From NCBI GenBank assembly GCA_965224245.1, contig OZ245046.1, forward strand, positions 3,776,001 through 3,840,000: a DNA stretch of 64,000 bases, given 5' to 3'. Shown piece by piece: positions 19,048 through 29,800 of this stretch. Under the pieces are notes generated by a model. It searched no databases and was not told the origin of the DNA. It was given only the letters and a program-made list of their open reading frames with translations. Each line of letters starts with the position of its first letter. The stretch's first letter is position 1. This DNA comes from Candidatus Eiseniibacteriota bacterium (GTDB lineage Bacteria > Eisenbacteria > RBG-16-71-46 > CAZAMP01). A program made the position numbers and the translations under genes.

Positions 19048-20148
19048 GTGACCGGATTCAGACTCCGGGTCGCCCTGGTGGGACTTCTCGTCCTCGGCTG
19101 GCCCACCCTCGACGCGGTATCGCAGGTCATTCCGACCCCGTCGCTGGATCAGATCCGTCGGGGAAAGATCCGCAACTATCCGCCTCCAACCGACGACGAC
19201 CTGTCGCTGATCCGGGAAGGACACCGGGTCTTTGCGATGGCCCACCGGTTTCGTTGGCCGCGCATCGAGGAGAAGAACTTCATCCCCACGCTTCTCGTGA
19301 AGGAGGACAGCGAGTATCTGATCGCGCATCTGGCGCCCCCCGACAGCTACTTCCTGACCCAGATCGACGACTTCCACATCGACGTCTTCGGCCAGGACAC
19401 CCGGCACGACTGCACGATCGCGACGGCACGGCCCCTCTACGGGGCGGTGACCGTGATCAAGGGCGAGCCGGCGTGCAACGACGAGACGACGACCGACTGG
19501 CTCTTCGAATACGTGCGCGGCGCGTTCCGGTGGTACCTGATCGAGCACAACGAACTCCTGAAGGTCTCGCGCCTGAACCTGCCGTTCCCCGATCCCAACG
19601 AGGCGTGGAAGGCCGCGTTTCCGTTTCCCTACGACGATCCCGAGGTCATCGCGGCATTTCGCGAGCTGGCCAAGACGGTCAGCGACGTCTTCTGGACCCG
19701 CATCGACGAGCCGCGTGCCGAGCTGCTTGCGGCGTACGCGGGCCAGCGCGCGAACCTGGCTCGCCTCCTCGACGAGCGCACCACGAACCACGGGCTCGAC
19801 GACTTCCTCCGCTACGTCGAGTGGTCCGACGGCCTGGCCCACTTCGCGGCGTACGAGATCATGCACTCGATCGGCCGGCAGCAGGTGCACCAACCGGCCG
19901 ACATCCGGCGCTTCGAGGACTTCAGCACGTACGCGCAATACACGGGCCGGACGATGCGCGTGCGCTACCAGCGGTTCCGCACGCCGACGTCCGATCCGCT
20001 CAGCTACGAGGACCTGGTGATCCTGGGCGCGCTCACCGCCGGCGTCGTGTCGGACCTGTGGCCGGATCAGTCGTGGCGGGCCGAGGTGCTCGAGCGCGAC
20101 ACGTGGCTCGAGGATCTGATGGCCCGCGTCCAGGTTCCCGCGCCGTAG
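19048..20148 (+). CDS. Secreted hypothetical protein, possible degenerate gluzincin-fold homologue
   Basis: AGGAG RBS then GTG; signal peptide; strong GC3 bias; FPFPYDD and EWSDGLA motifs but no HExxH. Confidence 0.7.
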   Translation: MTGFRLRVALVGLLVLGWPTLDAVSQVIPTPSLDQIRRGKIRNYPPPTDDDLSLIREGHRVFAMAHRFRWPRIEEKNFIPTLLVKEDSEYLIAHLAPPDSYFLTQIDDFHIDVFGQDTRHDCTIATARPLYGAVTVIKGEPACNDETTTDWLFEYVRGAFRWYLIEHNELLKVSRLNLPFPDPNEAWKAAFPFPYDDPEVIAAFRELAKTVSDVFWTRIDEPRAELLAAYAGQRANLARLLDERTTNHGLDDFLRYVEWSDGLAHFAAYEIMHSIGRQQVHQPADIRRFEDFSTYAQYTGRTMRVRYQRFRTPTSDPLSYEDLVILGALTAGVVSDLWPDQSWRAEVLERDTWLEDLMARVQVPAP

Positions 20149-20172
20149 GGCGGTCGCGGTCCGGAACCGGCT

Positions 20173-21069
20173 TCAGCTCGGCGCCTGCCCCCCGTTCGCG
20201 GGGGTGACGTCGTCGGGAGCGTCCTCCTCGCGTGACGAGAGCCTCAGCAGGTCGATCGCCGCCTCGCGGGGTAGATCGAGCACGCCGGCGAACTCGTCCA
20301 CGCTGAGCCGTCCCTCGTGGATCCCCTCCAGCGCCAGCCCGACCAGCCGCTCGGGGACGAGCGTCTCGCCGCTTCCACCCCAGATGTCGCGCGCGTCGCG
20401 GACGCCCGCATCCACGCCGAGCCACGTGAGGCGGCGCGCGACGAACGACGGGGGCAGATCGGCGTAGTCGGCGATGACGTCCGCGCCGGCGCCCTCGTCC
20501 AGGAGCGGATCGAGCATCGCGGACGGCAACAGGAGATCCTCGGCGAAGAACCCGGCCCGGACCGCCGCCTCGTCCACCAGCGCGTCGTCGGACGACATGA
20601 CCCTCGGCAGGTACGGATCGTTGTCCACGAGGTAGTGTCCGTACAGCTCGGCCAGGACGACCGACCGGCCTCGCGGGTTCAGGTGACTGTTCACCAGGAA
20701 CGCGGGGGCGGTCTCCCCGGCGAACACGAACACACCGCGAGTGTGGCGGCTGAGCGGCATCGCGTAGACGCGCGCGCCGTGCTCCTCGAGTGCGTGGGCG
20801 ATGTCCCGCACCGGCGATTCACGGTGGAGCAGCGCTCGTGCCGCGTCGGCCAGGGCCTCCGCCTCCTCGCGGAGCTGCCGCTCGTCGCCACCGATGGTCG
20901 GAACCTGATGCACGGGCAGGTCGTACGAGAGATCCCCCAGGACGTGCTCCTCGAGATCGGCGTACACCTCGCACGCGTCGAGGAAGCGCGAGACGACGGC
21001 CCGGTCCTCCTCGGCGAGCCACGCGTGCTCGAGCACGTCGCGGCGGATGGGATCGGGGATCTTCGGCAC
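20173..21069 (-). CDS. ImmA/IrrE (DUF955)-like protein with degenerate zinc motif and no N-terminal HTH
   Basis: P.RDIAHALEEHG..VNS..RGRSVVLAELYGHYL..AGFFAEDLLLP. Confidence 0.7.
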   Translation of the reverse strand: MPKIPDPIRRDVLEHAWLAEEDRAVVSRFLDACEVYADLEEHVLGDLSYDLPVHQVPTIGGDERQLREEAEALADAARALLHRESPVRDIAHALEEHGARVYAMPLSRHTRGVFVFAGETAPAFLVNSHLNPRGRSVVLAELYGHYLVDNDPYLPRVMSSDDALVDEAAVRAGFFAEDLLLPSAMLDPLLDEGAGADVIADYADLPPSFVARRLTWLGVDAGVRDARDIWGGSGETLVPERLVGLALEGIHEGRLSVDEFAGVLDLPREAAIDLLRLSSREEDAPDDVTPANGGQAPS

Positions 21070-21072
21070 CGC

Positions 21073-21882
21073 TCAGGAACTCCCTCTCGCGCCGGCGGCG
21101 GCGACCAGCGCGCGGACACGGTCCGGATCGACGGGCTGGGTCACGACACCGTTCCGCTTGAGGCTCGTCCCCACGATCACGCCGTCGGCCAGTGCGAGAA
21201 CCTCGCCGACCGACTCCGCGGTCACGCCGCTGCCTACCAGCACGCGGGTACCCGGGCAGGCCGAGCAGACGCGCGAGAGCTCGTCGAGGTCGGCCGCGCA
21301 ACCGGTGCCCGGACCGGTCAGGATGACCGCGTCGGCGCCGCCGCGCTCGACACACTCGGCGACCTCCTCGACCAGCGGACGCACGGCCACGGGGGCCGCA
21401 TGCTTGACCGCGACGTCGGCGAGCACGGCCACTCCGGGGGCCCAACGCGCGCGCTCGCGCACCGTGGCCGCGGCGCGCCCCTGGATGAGCCCCTGGTCGG
21501 TCCAGGCGGCGCCCACGTGGACGTTCACGCGGACGAACCGTCCCCCCGCGGCCACGGCCACCGCGAGCGCCGCGTGTGCGTCGTTCCGGAGGACGTTCAC
21601 GCCCACGGGCAAGTCGGTCTCGCCGGCGACGGTGGTCACGGCTCGCGTCATGGCCGCAATCGTCTCGGGCGGCACGCGGTCCGCGTGGAAGGGCGCGTCG
21701 CCGAAGTTCTCCACGACCAGACCATCGACGCCGGCGCCGGCCAGCGCGGCCGCGTCCGCCCGTGCGGCATCCAGCAGTGGCCCGAGACTCCCCGCGTAGC
21801 GCGGAGAGCCCGGCAGGGACCACAGGTGCACGACGCCGATCACGATCGGGCGGCGCGGGAAGATGTCGTCGAACCTGCTCAT
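21073..21882 (-). CDS. btpA: BtpA/SgcQ family TIM-barrel protein
   Basis: IGVVHL..LPGSP, ENFGDAPF, GVNVLRND, ADVAVKHA, LVGSGV, GTSLKRNG. Confidence 0.92.
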   Translation of the reverse strand: MSRFDDIFPRRPIVIGVVHLWSLPGSPRYAGSLGPLLDAARADAAALAGAGVDGLVVENFGDAPFHADRVPPETIAAMTRAVTTVAGETDLPVGVNVLRNDAHAALAVAVAAGGRFVRVNVHVGAAWTDQGLIQGRAAATVRERARWAPGVAVLADVAVKHAAPVAVRPLVEEVAECVERGGADAVILTGPGTGCAADLDELSRVCSACPGTRVLVGSGVTAESVGEVLALADGVIVGTSLKRNGVVTQPVDPDRVRALVAAAGARGSS

Positions 21883-21889
21883 GGGTGCG

Positions 21890-21918
21890 AGCCTACCCCC
21901 GACGTCCGGGCAAGTCCA
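21890..21918 (-). promoter_or_regulatory. Possible sigma70 promoter giving a leaderless btpA mRNA
   Basis: Minus strand TGGACT-N17-TAGGCT ending 7 nt before the ATG; no SD motif. Confidence 0.4.
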
Positions 21919-21932
21919 AACTCCACTCGTGG

Positions 21933-21961
21933 TTGACCCCGCCCAACGCCCCGCCTAAGGT
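21933..21961 (+). promoter_or_regulatory. sigma70 promoter of the BMC-T / MBL operon
   Basis: TTGACC-N17-TAAGGT. Confidence 0.6.
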
Positions 21962-22044
21962 GCCCGTCGTCTCGGTTCCGGCCTCCCGGTCACGAACCAC
22001 AACCGCGCCGGGCCAGCGGTCGGCGCGATCAATCGGGGGACGTC

Positions 22045-22662
22045 GTGGTCACGCTCCGGACGTACATCTTTCTCGACGCGCTGCAGCCCCAGCTCGCGTC
22101 GCACATCGGCACCACCTCACGCGGCTTCCTGCCGGTCGCCGGCATGGCGTCGCTGTTCATCGAGATCGCACCGGCCCTGAACGTGGTGCGCCTGATGGAC
22201 GTGGCGCTGAAGGCCACCCGGGTGCAGCCGGCGGTGCAGTTCGTGGAGCGCGCGTACGGCGTCATGGAGGTGCATCACCAGGACCAGGGCGAGGTGCGCT
22301 CGGCCGGCGCGGCCGTGCTCGACCGGATCGGCGCCGCCGAGACCGATCGGATGAAGCCCCGCGTGGTCGCCCGGGAGATCATCCGGAACGTCGAGCCCTA
22401 CCAGGCCCAGCTGATCAACCGCGTACGCTACGGCTCGATGCTGGTGCCGGGCGAGTCGCTCTTCATCTTCGAGACCGAGCCGGCCGCCTACGTCGTGTTC
22501 GCCGCGAACGAGGCCGAGAAGGCCGCCCGGGTGTCGCTGATCGACGTGAACCCGGTGGGGGCGTTCGGGCGGCTGTACATGAGCGGAACCGAGGCCGACA
22601 TCGACGCCGCCGCCGATGCGGCCTCGCGCGCGGTCGAGCGGCTCGAAGGGCGCGAGCGATGA
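22045..22662 (+). CDS. Bacterial microcompartment shell protein, tandem permuted BMC-T(dp) class (CcmP/CsoS1D/Haliangium BMC-T-like)
   Basis: [64 protein letters not shown]. Confidence 0.93.
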   Translation: MVTLRTYIFLDALQPQLASHIGTTSRGFLPVAGMASLFIEIAPALNVVRLMDVALKATRVQPAVQFVERAYGVMEVHHQDQGEVRSAGAAVLDRIGAAETDRMKPRVVAREIIRNVEPYQAQLINRVRYGSMLVPGESLFIFETEPAAYVVFAANEAEKAARVSLIDVNPVGAFGRLYMSGTEADIDAAADAASRAVERLEGRER

Positions 22663-23309
22663 CGCGGACCGGCGACAGGTCCTCGCTCTTCCTCGAGCGC
22701 ATCGAGAACGGTCCGTTCTTCGTGAACACGTACCTCCTCGGCTGTCGCCGGAGCGGCGAGGCCGTCCTGATCGATCCCGGGCACGAGCAGGACCGCATCT
22801 CCCGGCGCATGACCGAGAGCAGGCTGCGCTACACCGCGATCGTGAACACGCACGGACACATCGACCACGTGGCCTCGGCCAGGCACTTCCAGGATGCGAT
22901 GGAGCTCCCCTTCTGCATGCACGCCGACGACCGGGTGTTCCTGGACGCCCTGGCCGACACGTGTGCGATGTATGGGCTGCCGCCGCTCGAGCCGCCGCGG
23001 CTGGATACCGAGCTGCGGGCCGGCGACACGTACACCGTGGGCGAGGTCTCGTTCACGCTCCGGCACGCGCCCGGGCACTCACCGGGCAGCCTGATCTTCG
23101 ATCTCGGCGAGACGATGATCGTGGGAGACGTGGTGTTTCAGGGATCGATCGGCCGGACGGATCTGCCGATGGGCGACACCGACACGCTTCTCGAGAGCAT
23201 CCGGCGCGAGGTGCTCACGAAGCCGGACGCCGTCACGCTGTGGCCCGGGCACGGTCCCGAGACGACCGTCGGGACCGAGCGCGCCCACAATCCCTTCCTC
23301 CTCGACTGA
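22659..23309 (+). CDS. MBL-fold metallohydrolase (glyoxalase II / YcbL-GloC-like)
   Basis: [45 protein letters not shown] overlap with the BMC gene. Confidence 0.92.
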   Translation: MTRTGDRSSLFLERIENGPFFVNTYLLGCRRSGEAVLIDPGHEQDRISRRMTESRLRYTAIVNTHGHIDHVASARHFQDAMELPFCMHADDRVFLDALADTCAMYGLPPLEPPRLDTELRAGDTYTVGEVSFTLRHAPGHSPGSLIFDLGETMIVGDVVFQGSIGRTDLPMGDTDTLLESIRREVLTKPDAVTLWPGHGPETTVGTERAHNPFLLD

Positions 23310-24573
23310 TCGCCCCCGGTCCGTCGATCACCTCGGTCCAGAGACGTTCGAGGGCCTCGAGGTGCGCGTCCGGGGTGTGCCGCGTCAGGACGCGATCGCG
23401 CGCGCGATGGCCGAGCCGCCGGGCCAGGAGCTCGTCGTCCGCCAGGCGCGCCAGCGCCTCGGCCAGGTCCGCGGGGACTCTCGCCCGACACAGGAGCCCC
23501 GTCTCCTCGTGCTCGACCAGCTCCGGCAGGCTGCCGAGGTCGTGTGCGACGACGGGCCGGCCGACCAGCATCGCCTCCAGCGCGACCAGCGGCAAGTTCT
23601 CGTAGCAGATCGACGGGACCACCACCGCCCGCGCGCGGCGCATGCGCGCGAGGATCTCGGGCCGATCGCGCCGCCCCAGGAAGCGGACGCGGTCCAGGTC
23701 CCGCGCGCGGTCGACGAGGGCACGTGCCTCGGGCGCGTCGGTCTGGCCGACGATCTCCAGCACGCCCGGTGAGCCGGCCCGCACGAACGCGTCGATCAGC
23801 CGATCCACCCCCTTCTCCGGCGACAGACGACCGGCGTACACGAACGTCGGCTCCCGTCCGGTGTCGGCGATCGAGGGAGCGGCGTCGATCGCGCGGGGAT
23901 CGATGAAGCTCGGGACGTGCACGATCCGCGACGGATCGAGCCCGCCCTCGATCATCTTGTAGCGGAGAAACGCCGACGGCGCGACGAACCGCGCGATCGA
24001 GTCGTGTAGCCGCAGCCGATCGTGCACGGCCATGCCGGCCACCCGCGCCAGCGACACCGCGGCGGACGCGTGCAGGCAACGCTTGCGAACCGCGTGCAGG
24101 CGACTCCCCCCGAGACAGCGCTCGCATGCGCGCTCGCCGTCGAAGAAGAGATAGCACGGCGCGATCAGATGGAAGTCCGAGAGACGCATGACCACCGGCA
24201 CCCCCGCGTCTCGACACGCGTGGAAGATGCTCGGCGAGAGGACGTTCGCGGCGACGATCACGTACACGACGTCCGGCCGGACGTCACGCAGCAGCGCGGT
24301 CAGGCGGCGCCGGGCCTCCATCGAGTACACCGACCGGGCGAGCAGACGCGCCCTGGCCACCGGTCCCCGCACGTCGCGGAGGTACACCGCGTCCGCGTCG
24401 CCCGGTGGCGGAACGAAGTAGGGCTCGTACTCCGACGGCTCGTTCTGGGCGTAGCGAACCGCGAACGGGATCACGTCGTGCCCGTGCTCCTCCAGGAGCG
24501 CCTTCACGTCGAACAGATAGCGCTCGGGGCCGCCGGTCACGTGGTAGCGGTTGTTGACGAGGACTACCCGCAT
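23233..24573 (-). CDS. Glycosyltransferase family 4
   Basis: GGPERY, GRLSPEKG, PSICYENLPLVALEAM. Confidence 0.9.
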   Translation of the reverse strand: MRVVLVNNRYHVTGGPERYLFDVKALLEEHGHDVIPFAVRYAQNEPSEYEPYFVPPPGDADAVYLRDVRGPVARARLLARSVYSMEARRRLTALLRDVRPDVVYVIVAANVLSPSIFHACRDAGVPVVMRLSDFHLIAPCYLFFDGERACERCLGGSRLHAVRKRCLHASAAVSLARVAGMAVHDRLRLHDSIARFVAPSAFLRYKMIEGGLDPSRIVHVPSFIDPRAIDAAPSIADTGREPTFVYAGRLSPEKGVDRLIDAFVRAGSPGVLEIVGQTDAPEARALVDRARDLDRVRFLGRRDRPEILARMRRARAVVVPSICYENLPLVALEAMLVGRPVVAHDLGSLPELVEHEETGLLCRARVPADLAEALARLADDELLARRLGHRARDRVLTRHTPDAHLEALERLWTEVIDGPGAISRGGRDCGRARSRRSSRDRARATA

Positions 24574-25826
24574 GTTCCCGTTCGCTCGATCCGGTCACGC
24601 CGGCGAGCGGCCGGGTGACGAGCGGTGAGCCATGCATCGACGAGCGATTCCGTCTCGGCAACCATGCGCCGGAGCGCGAACCGGGACGCGGCCACACGGG
24701 CCGCGTTCTCGCCCAGGCGACGCGCCAGCTCGGGCGTCGCGAGCACCCGCTCCATCGCGTCGGCCAGCTCGCGCGGACGGCGGCACGGGACGACCAGGCC
24801 GGTCATGCCGTGCGTGATCAGCTCGGCGCTGCCGCCCGCGTCGGTCGTGACCACCGGCACCGCCAGCGACATGGCCTCCATCAGGAAGTTCGAGCATCCC
24901 TCCCGCTCGCACGAGGGGAGAACGGCCAGATCGCTGGCGCACAGGAGGTCGGCCACGTCGGATCGATGACCCAGAAACCGCACCTGCGTCCCCAGCCCCA
25001 GCCGATCCGCCGCCATCCGGAGCGACGCCTCCAGGGGACCGGTGCCGGCCAGGAGCACCATCGGCCGTACGTCCAGGTCGGCCAGGCGGACCAGTGCCGC
25101 GAGGAGACCCGCATGATCCTTCTTCGGTGTCAGGCTCGCGGCGACCAGCACGACCGGAACGCCCGGCGCGGCGCCCAGCTCGGCCCGGACGACGCCGCGC
25201 GGCCGCCCCGGCGGGGGCCAGTTCGAGGGCAACGCGTTGTAGACGACGTGTGCGTCGGGACGCCGGACACCCCGGCGCCGGAGAAGCTCCAGACCGGCCT
25301 CGGAGTTCGCGACGACGCCGTCGCATCGATCGAGAAGCCGCGACTCGGCCGCGACGAGGAGCCGATGGAGCAGCGAACGCGCCCGGTACGCCGATCCCCG
25401 CTCCGACCCCACCACCACCGGAACGCGGGCCAGCCGGGCCGCCGTGAGGCCGAAGCAGACCCCCGGGGTCAGCCAGCCGTGTACCACGTCGGCTCCTCTC
25501 AGACACGAGACCAGGCGCGGCACGAACGCGACGTCGAAGCGACCGCGGCGACCCACACACGTCACGTGGATGCCCGCGTCGCGAAGCTCGTCCGCGAGAG
25601 CGCCCTCCGCCGAGTCCAGCGTGACGATCGCGGGTGCGAAGCGATCCCGGTCCAGTGCAATCGCGAGCCGGGTCAGCTGACGCTCCGCTCCCCCGCCGCC
25701 GAGCGCGTTCGTGACGAAGACGACGCGCGCGGGACGCCCGAGCGGCGGATCCGGCTCCGGGGTGCGGGTTGCCCGCCACGGCGTCGGGCGGAGCTGCCGC
25801 GCCATCGGACGGAGGTTCGAGATCAC
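24564..25826 (-). CDS. Glycosyltransferase family 4
   Basis: GGAERQL, KKDH, EGCSNFLMEAM..DAGG; GTG overlaps the upstream stop. Confidence 0.88.
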   Translation of the reverse strand: MISNLRPMARQLRPTPWRATRTPEPDPPLGRPARVVFVTNALGGGGAERQLTRLAIALDRDRFAPAIVTLDSAEGALADELRDAGIHVTCVGRRGRFDVAFVPRLVSCLRGADVVHGWLTPGVCFGLTAARLARVPVVVGSERGSAYRARSLLHRLLVAAESRLLDRCDGVVANSEAGLELLRRRGVRRPDAHVVYNALPSNWPPPGRPRGVVRAELGAAPGVPVVLVAASLTPKKDHAGLLAALVRLADLDVRPMVLLAGTGPLEASLRMAADRLGLGTQVRFLGHRSDVADLLCASDLAVLPSCEREGCSNFLMEAMSLAVPVVTTDAGGSAELITHGMTGLVVPCRRPRELADAMERVLATPELARRLGENAARVAASRFALRRMVAETESLVDAWLTARHPAARRRDRIERTGTCG

Positions 25827-26887
25827 GATGCTCTCGCCGCGGTGGCCGTCCCCGGGGCGTCCGCGGCCGCCGGACGCGACCCGGGCCGGTAGGCCCGCAC
25901 CACGGACACCGCCGCGGCGGCGAGCATGCCCAGCACGAACGCTCCCAGGGCGCTGCGCGTGCGCATCGGCCCCGCCTTGAACACCGGTGGCACCGCCGGG
26001 TCGAGCACGACGAGCTCGGGCTGGTGATAGGCTTCGTCGATCTTGGCCAGCTCGTACTGCCTGGTGAGCGTGAGGAAGATCTCCTCCTGGATGCGTGCGT
26101 CGCGCAGGAGACGCCCCTCGCGCAGGAGCAGCTCGGGAGACTTGTTGATGCGGACGTTCTGCGCCCGGAACGCTTTCAGCGCCTCCTCGGCCGCGCGGAG
26201 GCGGGTGCGCGTGGAGTCCATCCGGGTCTCGATGAATGCGCGCGTGGAGGCGGCCTCCTCGGTGCTCTGCATGCGCCGAACACGCTCGGCCTCGGCCACG
26301 ATCGCGTTGGCGATGCCCGCGGCGGTCTCGGGACTTCGATGGCGGACCGTCACCGTCCAGATACCGGTGCGGGAATCCGAGTCGGTCCGGATGCTCTCGT
26401 GTAGCCACGCGAGCGCCGAGGCCCGCCCTTGCGCCGGCGTCTTCGCGTCGGCGCGAAACAGAGAATCCAGGGGCGCGTGCATCCCGAGTCTCGGCTGGAA
26501 GAACGGTCGCGCGAGCACGTGCTCGAGCACGCGCCGGCTCGTCACGACGGTCGCGTAGGCCGATGCGCCGTCCCGGCCCGGTAGCGAGATGCCGACCGCC
26601 TGTGCGAGGTCGGTGGCCTTGCCGAGGTCCATCGCCCTCGCCCCCCCGGCCTCGTTCGGCATCAGCGTGACGGACGCGTCGTAGACGTTGGGAATCATCA
26701 GGGACACCCCGGCCGCGACGCCGGCGGCCAGGAGCCCCGTCGCCACGATCAGCCGCAGGTGGCGCCGCAGGATCCGGGTCACCTCCGGCACGTCGATGCC
26801 GAGCGACCACGCGTCGTCGATCCCGCCCTGCCCGTCGGTGCCCGGGATCGCGATCGGGACCGGCGGTCTCCGCTCTCCATGGGACAT
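25823..26887 (-). CDS. Wzz/GumC-type polysaccharide chain-length determinant
   Basis: TM..PNVYDAS; coiled coil; L.RQYELAKIDE..VVLDPAVPP..P; C-terminal TM. Confidence 0.88.
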   Translation of the reverse strand: MSHGERRPPVPIAIPGTDGQGGIDDAWSLGIDVPEVTRILRRHLRLIVATGLLAAGVAAGVSLMIPNVYDASVTLMPNEAGGARAMDLGKATDLAQAVGISLPGRDGASAYATVVTSRRVLEHVLARPFFQPRLGMHAPLDSLFRADAKTPAQGRASALAWLHESIRTDSDSRTGIWTVTVRHRSPETAAGIANAIVAEAERVRRMQSTEEAASTRAFIETRMDSTRTRLRAAEEALKAFRAQNVRINKSPELLLREGRLLRDARIQEEIFLTLTRQYELAKIDEAYHQPELVVLDPAVPPVFKAGPMRTRSALGAFVLGMLAAAAVSVVRAYRPGSRPAAADAPGTATAARAS

Positions 26888-29800
26888 CTACTTCGTGACC
26901 TCGTTGATGAGAAAGATCGTCGTTGCCGCGCCGGAGAGGACGCTGATGACGTCGGCGACGTCTCTCCAGCGACTGCCGTGCGGCGACTCGATCTTGCGGG
27001 GAACCACGATCGTCGTGCCCGGATCCACAGTTGGCCCGTGACGGAGAAAGCCGCCGGTTCCGTGGTCGACGCTTCCGTTGGCACGCTGAACGAGAATGCG
27101 GTCGCCGTCCGCGAACTCGGTGAGCCCGCCGGCGTGCCGGAGGTAGTACTTCACGCCCTCGCCGGCCCGGAAGATCACGCTCGTGGGAAAGCCGACCTCC
27201 CCCACGACCTTGACCGTCTGCGGCGCCTCGGGGATCCGGAGCGCGTCACCGTCCACCAGCGTCAGATCCTCGGGGCCGCCGGGCTCGGCCAGGGCCCGGG
27301 CCAGATCGATTCCGATGCGACCGGCCTCGTTCTGCTCGCGCGTGAAGATGGCCGCCCGCACGTACGCACCCTCGAGCAGACCGCCGGCTCGCTCGATCAG
27401 CTCGGAGAGCGTCTCCCCGGGGCGCGAGAGGCTGTACACGCCGGGGAATCGGACCTCGCCGGTGATGCTGACGTTCTGCTGGCGCTCCCAGCCCGCGCGC
27501 TCGCGCACGTAAACGACGTCGTTTCGGACCAGCATGAACCCTGGTGCCTCGCCGCGACCGTCGTCCCAGCCGAGGACGTCGACCCGGTACACGTCGGACC
27601 GCCGGCGCTCGGCCGACGCGGTGGTGTCCATGCGCGCGACCTCCACGAACCGATCGTACGCGGTCTCACGAAGCCCCCCCGCCATCCGGACCAGATCCGC
27701 GAGCGACGTGCCGCGCGGCAGCGCGTACCGGCCGGGGGCGCGAACCGGCCCCACGATGCGCACCGAGTCGCGCTCGACGAAGTCCCACTGGGAGCGAACC
27801 GTGACGTGATCCCGATCCGCGAGCGCCATGTGCATGTCGGTGTCGTCCCCGAGATCGACCCTCATGATCGCCTCGCGTCGATCGGGATCGCGCCGGACGA
27901 GCTGTACGTCGTGCGTCCGGGCATCCGGGCGCAGCCCGCCCGCCTGGCCGATCGCGGTCCCGAGCGTCATCCCCGATCGCCACGCGACGCGCCCGGGGCG
28001 TCGCACCCCGCGTCCGGTCACCTCGACGTAGCGACCGGTCTCCTCGAGCACCGCGTCGATCGTGATCTGATCACCGTCCCGGAGGGGGAACGGCACCACG
28101 CCGAGGAGCTCGTTCCGCCCGACCGTCTTCAGCTCCCAGCCATAGTCGCGCTCGCCGGTGGCGACGTCGCCCCGAGCCACCCGGCGCACGTTCGCCCGCT
28201 CGAGATAGGCCTCGGCGGTGAGCCCGCCGGCCGCGGCCAGCACGTCGGCGAGCCCCTCGCCCGCCCGCACCTCGTACACCGCCTCTCGAAAGACCTCGCC
28301 GGCCACCCGCACGCGCGCGCCGGCGGTCGGAACGTGTATCGCATCTCCCGACGCGAGCCCCACGTCGTGCGACAGATCACCGGCGAGGAGCACGCGGTAG
28401 AGATCGACCGTGGCCACCGCGCGGCCGTCACGCACGACCTCGATCGCGCGCAGCGTGCCGCTCTCGCGCGGACCTCCGGCGCGGAACAGCACGTCGAGCA
28501 CCGACGCGGTGGCGGTCACGCGATACGCGCCGGGGCGGCCGACCTCTCCGAGCACGAACACCTGGATCGTGCGGACCCTGGCCACCGACAGGTCGAACCA
28601 CGTCGTCGGATCGGCGCCGTCGCGTCCACGAAGCCCCGAGTACACGTCGGCGAGACGGATCTCGAGCTCGTGCTCGAGCACGTCGAGGGCGCGCCCCGCC
28701 ACCGCCACCAGCCCGACGTCCTTGATGAACACGCGCCCTTCGCGATCGACGGGGAGGGTCTCGACGAGCTCGGTGTCGCCCCATACGGTCAGGACCAGCT
28801 CGTCCCCGGGCCCCACGAGGTAGTCGGGTGGAACCCGTCCCCAGTCGAGCGGCGCGAAGCCGTCGGGGGAATCGGTGAAGAGGTCGTAGCCGAACGGGGT
28901 CAGCGCCGTGCTGTCGCGGCGCGCTCCGATCGCGTCGGGATCACGCACCGGCGGCGGGGTCGGGGCCAGCTCGGCGTCGCCGAGCCCCACACCGGACGCG
29001 GACGAGCGGGCACGATCCCGGAGGGAATCCAGCGTCGCACGACGCGCGCTGGACAGCGCGTCCTGGATCGCCCGCGCCTCGACCTCGTCGATGCGGCCGA
29101 CCGAGCCGACCGCGTGGCGGCGCAGCTGCTCGACCTCCGAGTGGCTGAGATCCTGAGCGTGCGACGACCCGAGCGTGGTCAGGAGCGCGGCCGACACGAC
29201 GGCGACGAGTGCCGCCGCGCGCGAGCCCCGGGCCGGCCACGATCGAGACCGGAGCCGACGCACGGCGCCACGCACGGCCGACGGCGTCGCCGCCTCCATC
29301 GCGTCGAGATCGCGATCGGAGAGACGGCCGAGGAGCCGCACCACCGACACGCCGCCGGCGAGCGCCGATGCCAGCAGCACCGGGATCGGGCTCTCGACGA
29401 GCAGCGAGAGCGCCAGCGCCGGGATCAGCGCCGCGCCCACGCGAGCCGCCACCGACGCCGCGAATCGCCAGTCCACGTCGCCGTCACAGATCCGACGGGC
29501 CAGGAGCCGCCCCAGCCCCGTCATCATCAGACCGGCCGCCACGCGGGCACCCGCGATACCCACGAGACCGAACAGGTTCCCGAGCACGAAGACCATCCCC
29601 AGGTTCGTGAGACTGCCCCAGAGCTCCAGGCGAACGGTCTGGCCGGGTGGGGCGGCGACGTAGACGACGCCACCGAGGAGCGCGTGGAGGGCATACAGCG
29701 TCGCGGCCAGGCAGAGCACCGCGAGCACCGGCGCGGCGGCCGGATACCGGCCACCGCCGATCACGTCGACGAGCGAGCCCGACGCGACCGCGATCGACGC

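Noticed and set aside
20173-21069. Prophage or ICE remnant implied by the ImmA/IrrE-like gene
   Set aside because: No integrase, repressor, att repeats or compositional shift nearby
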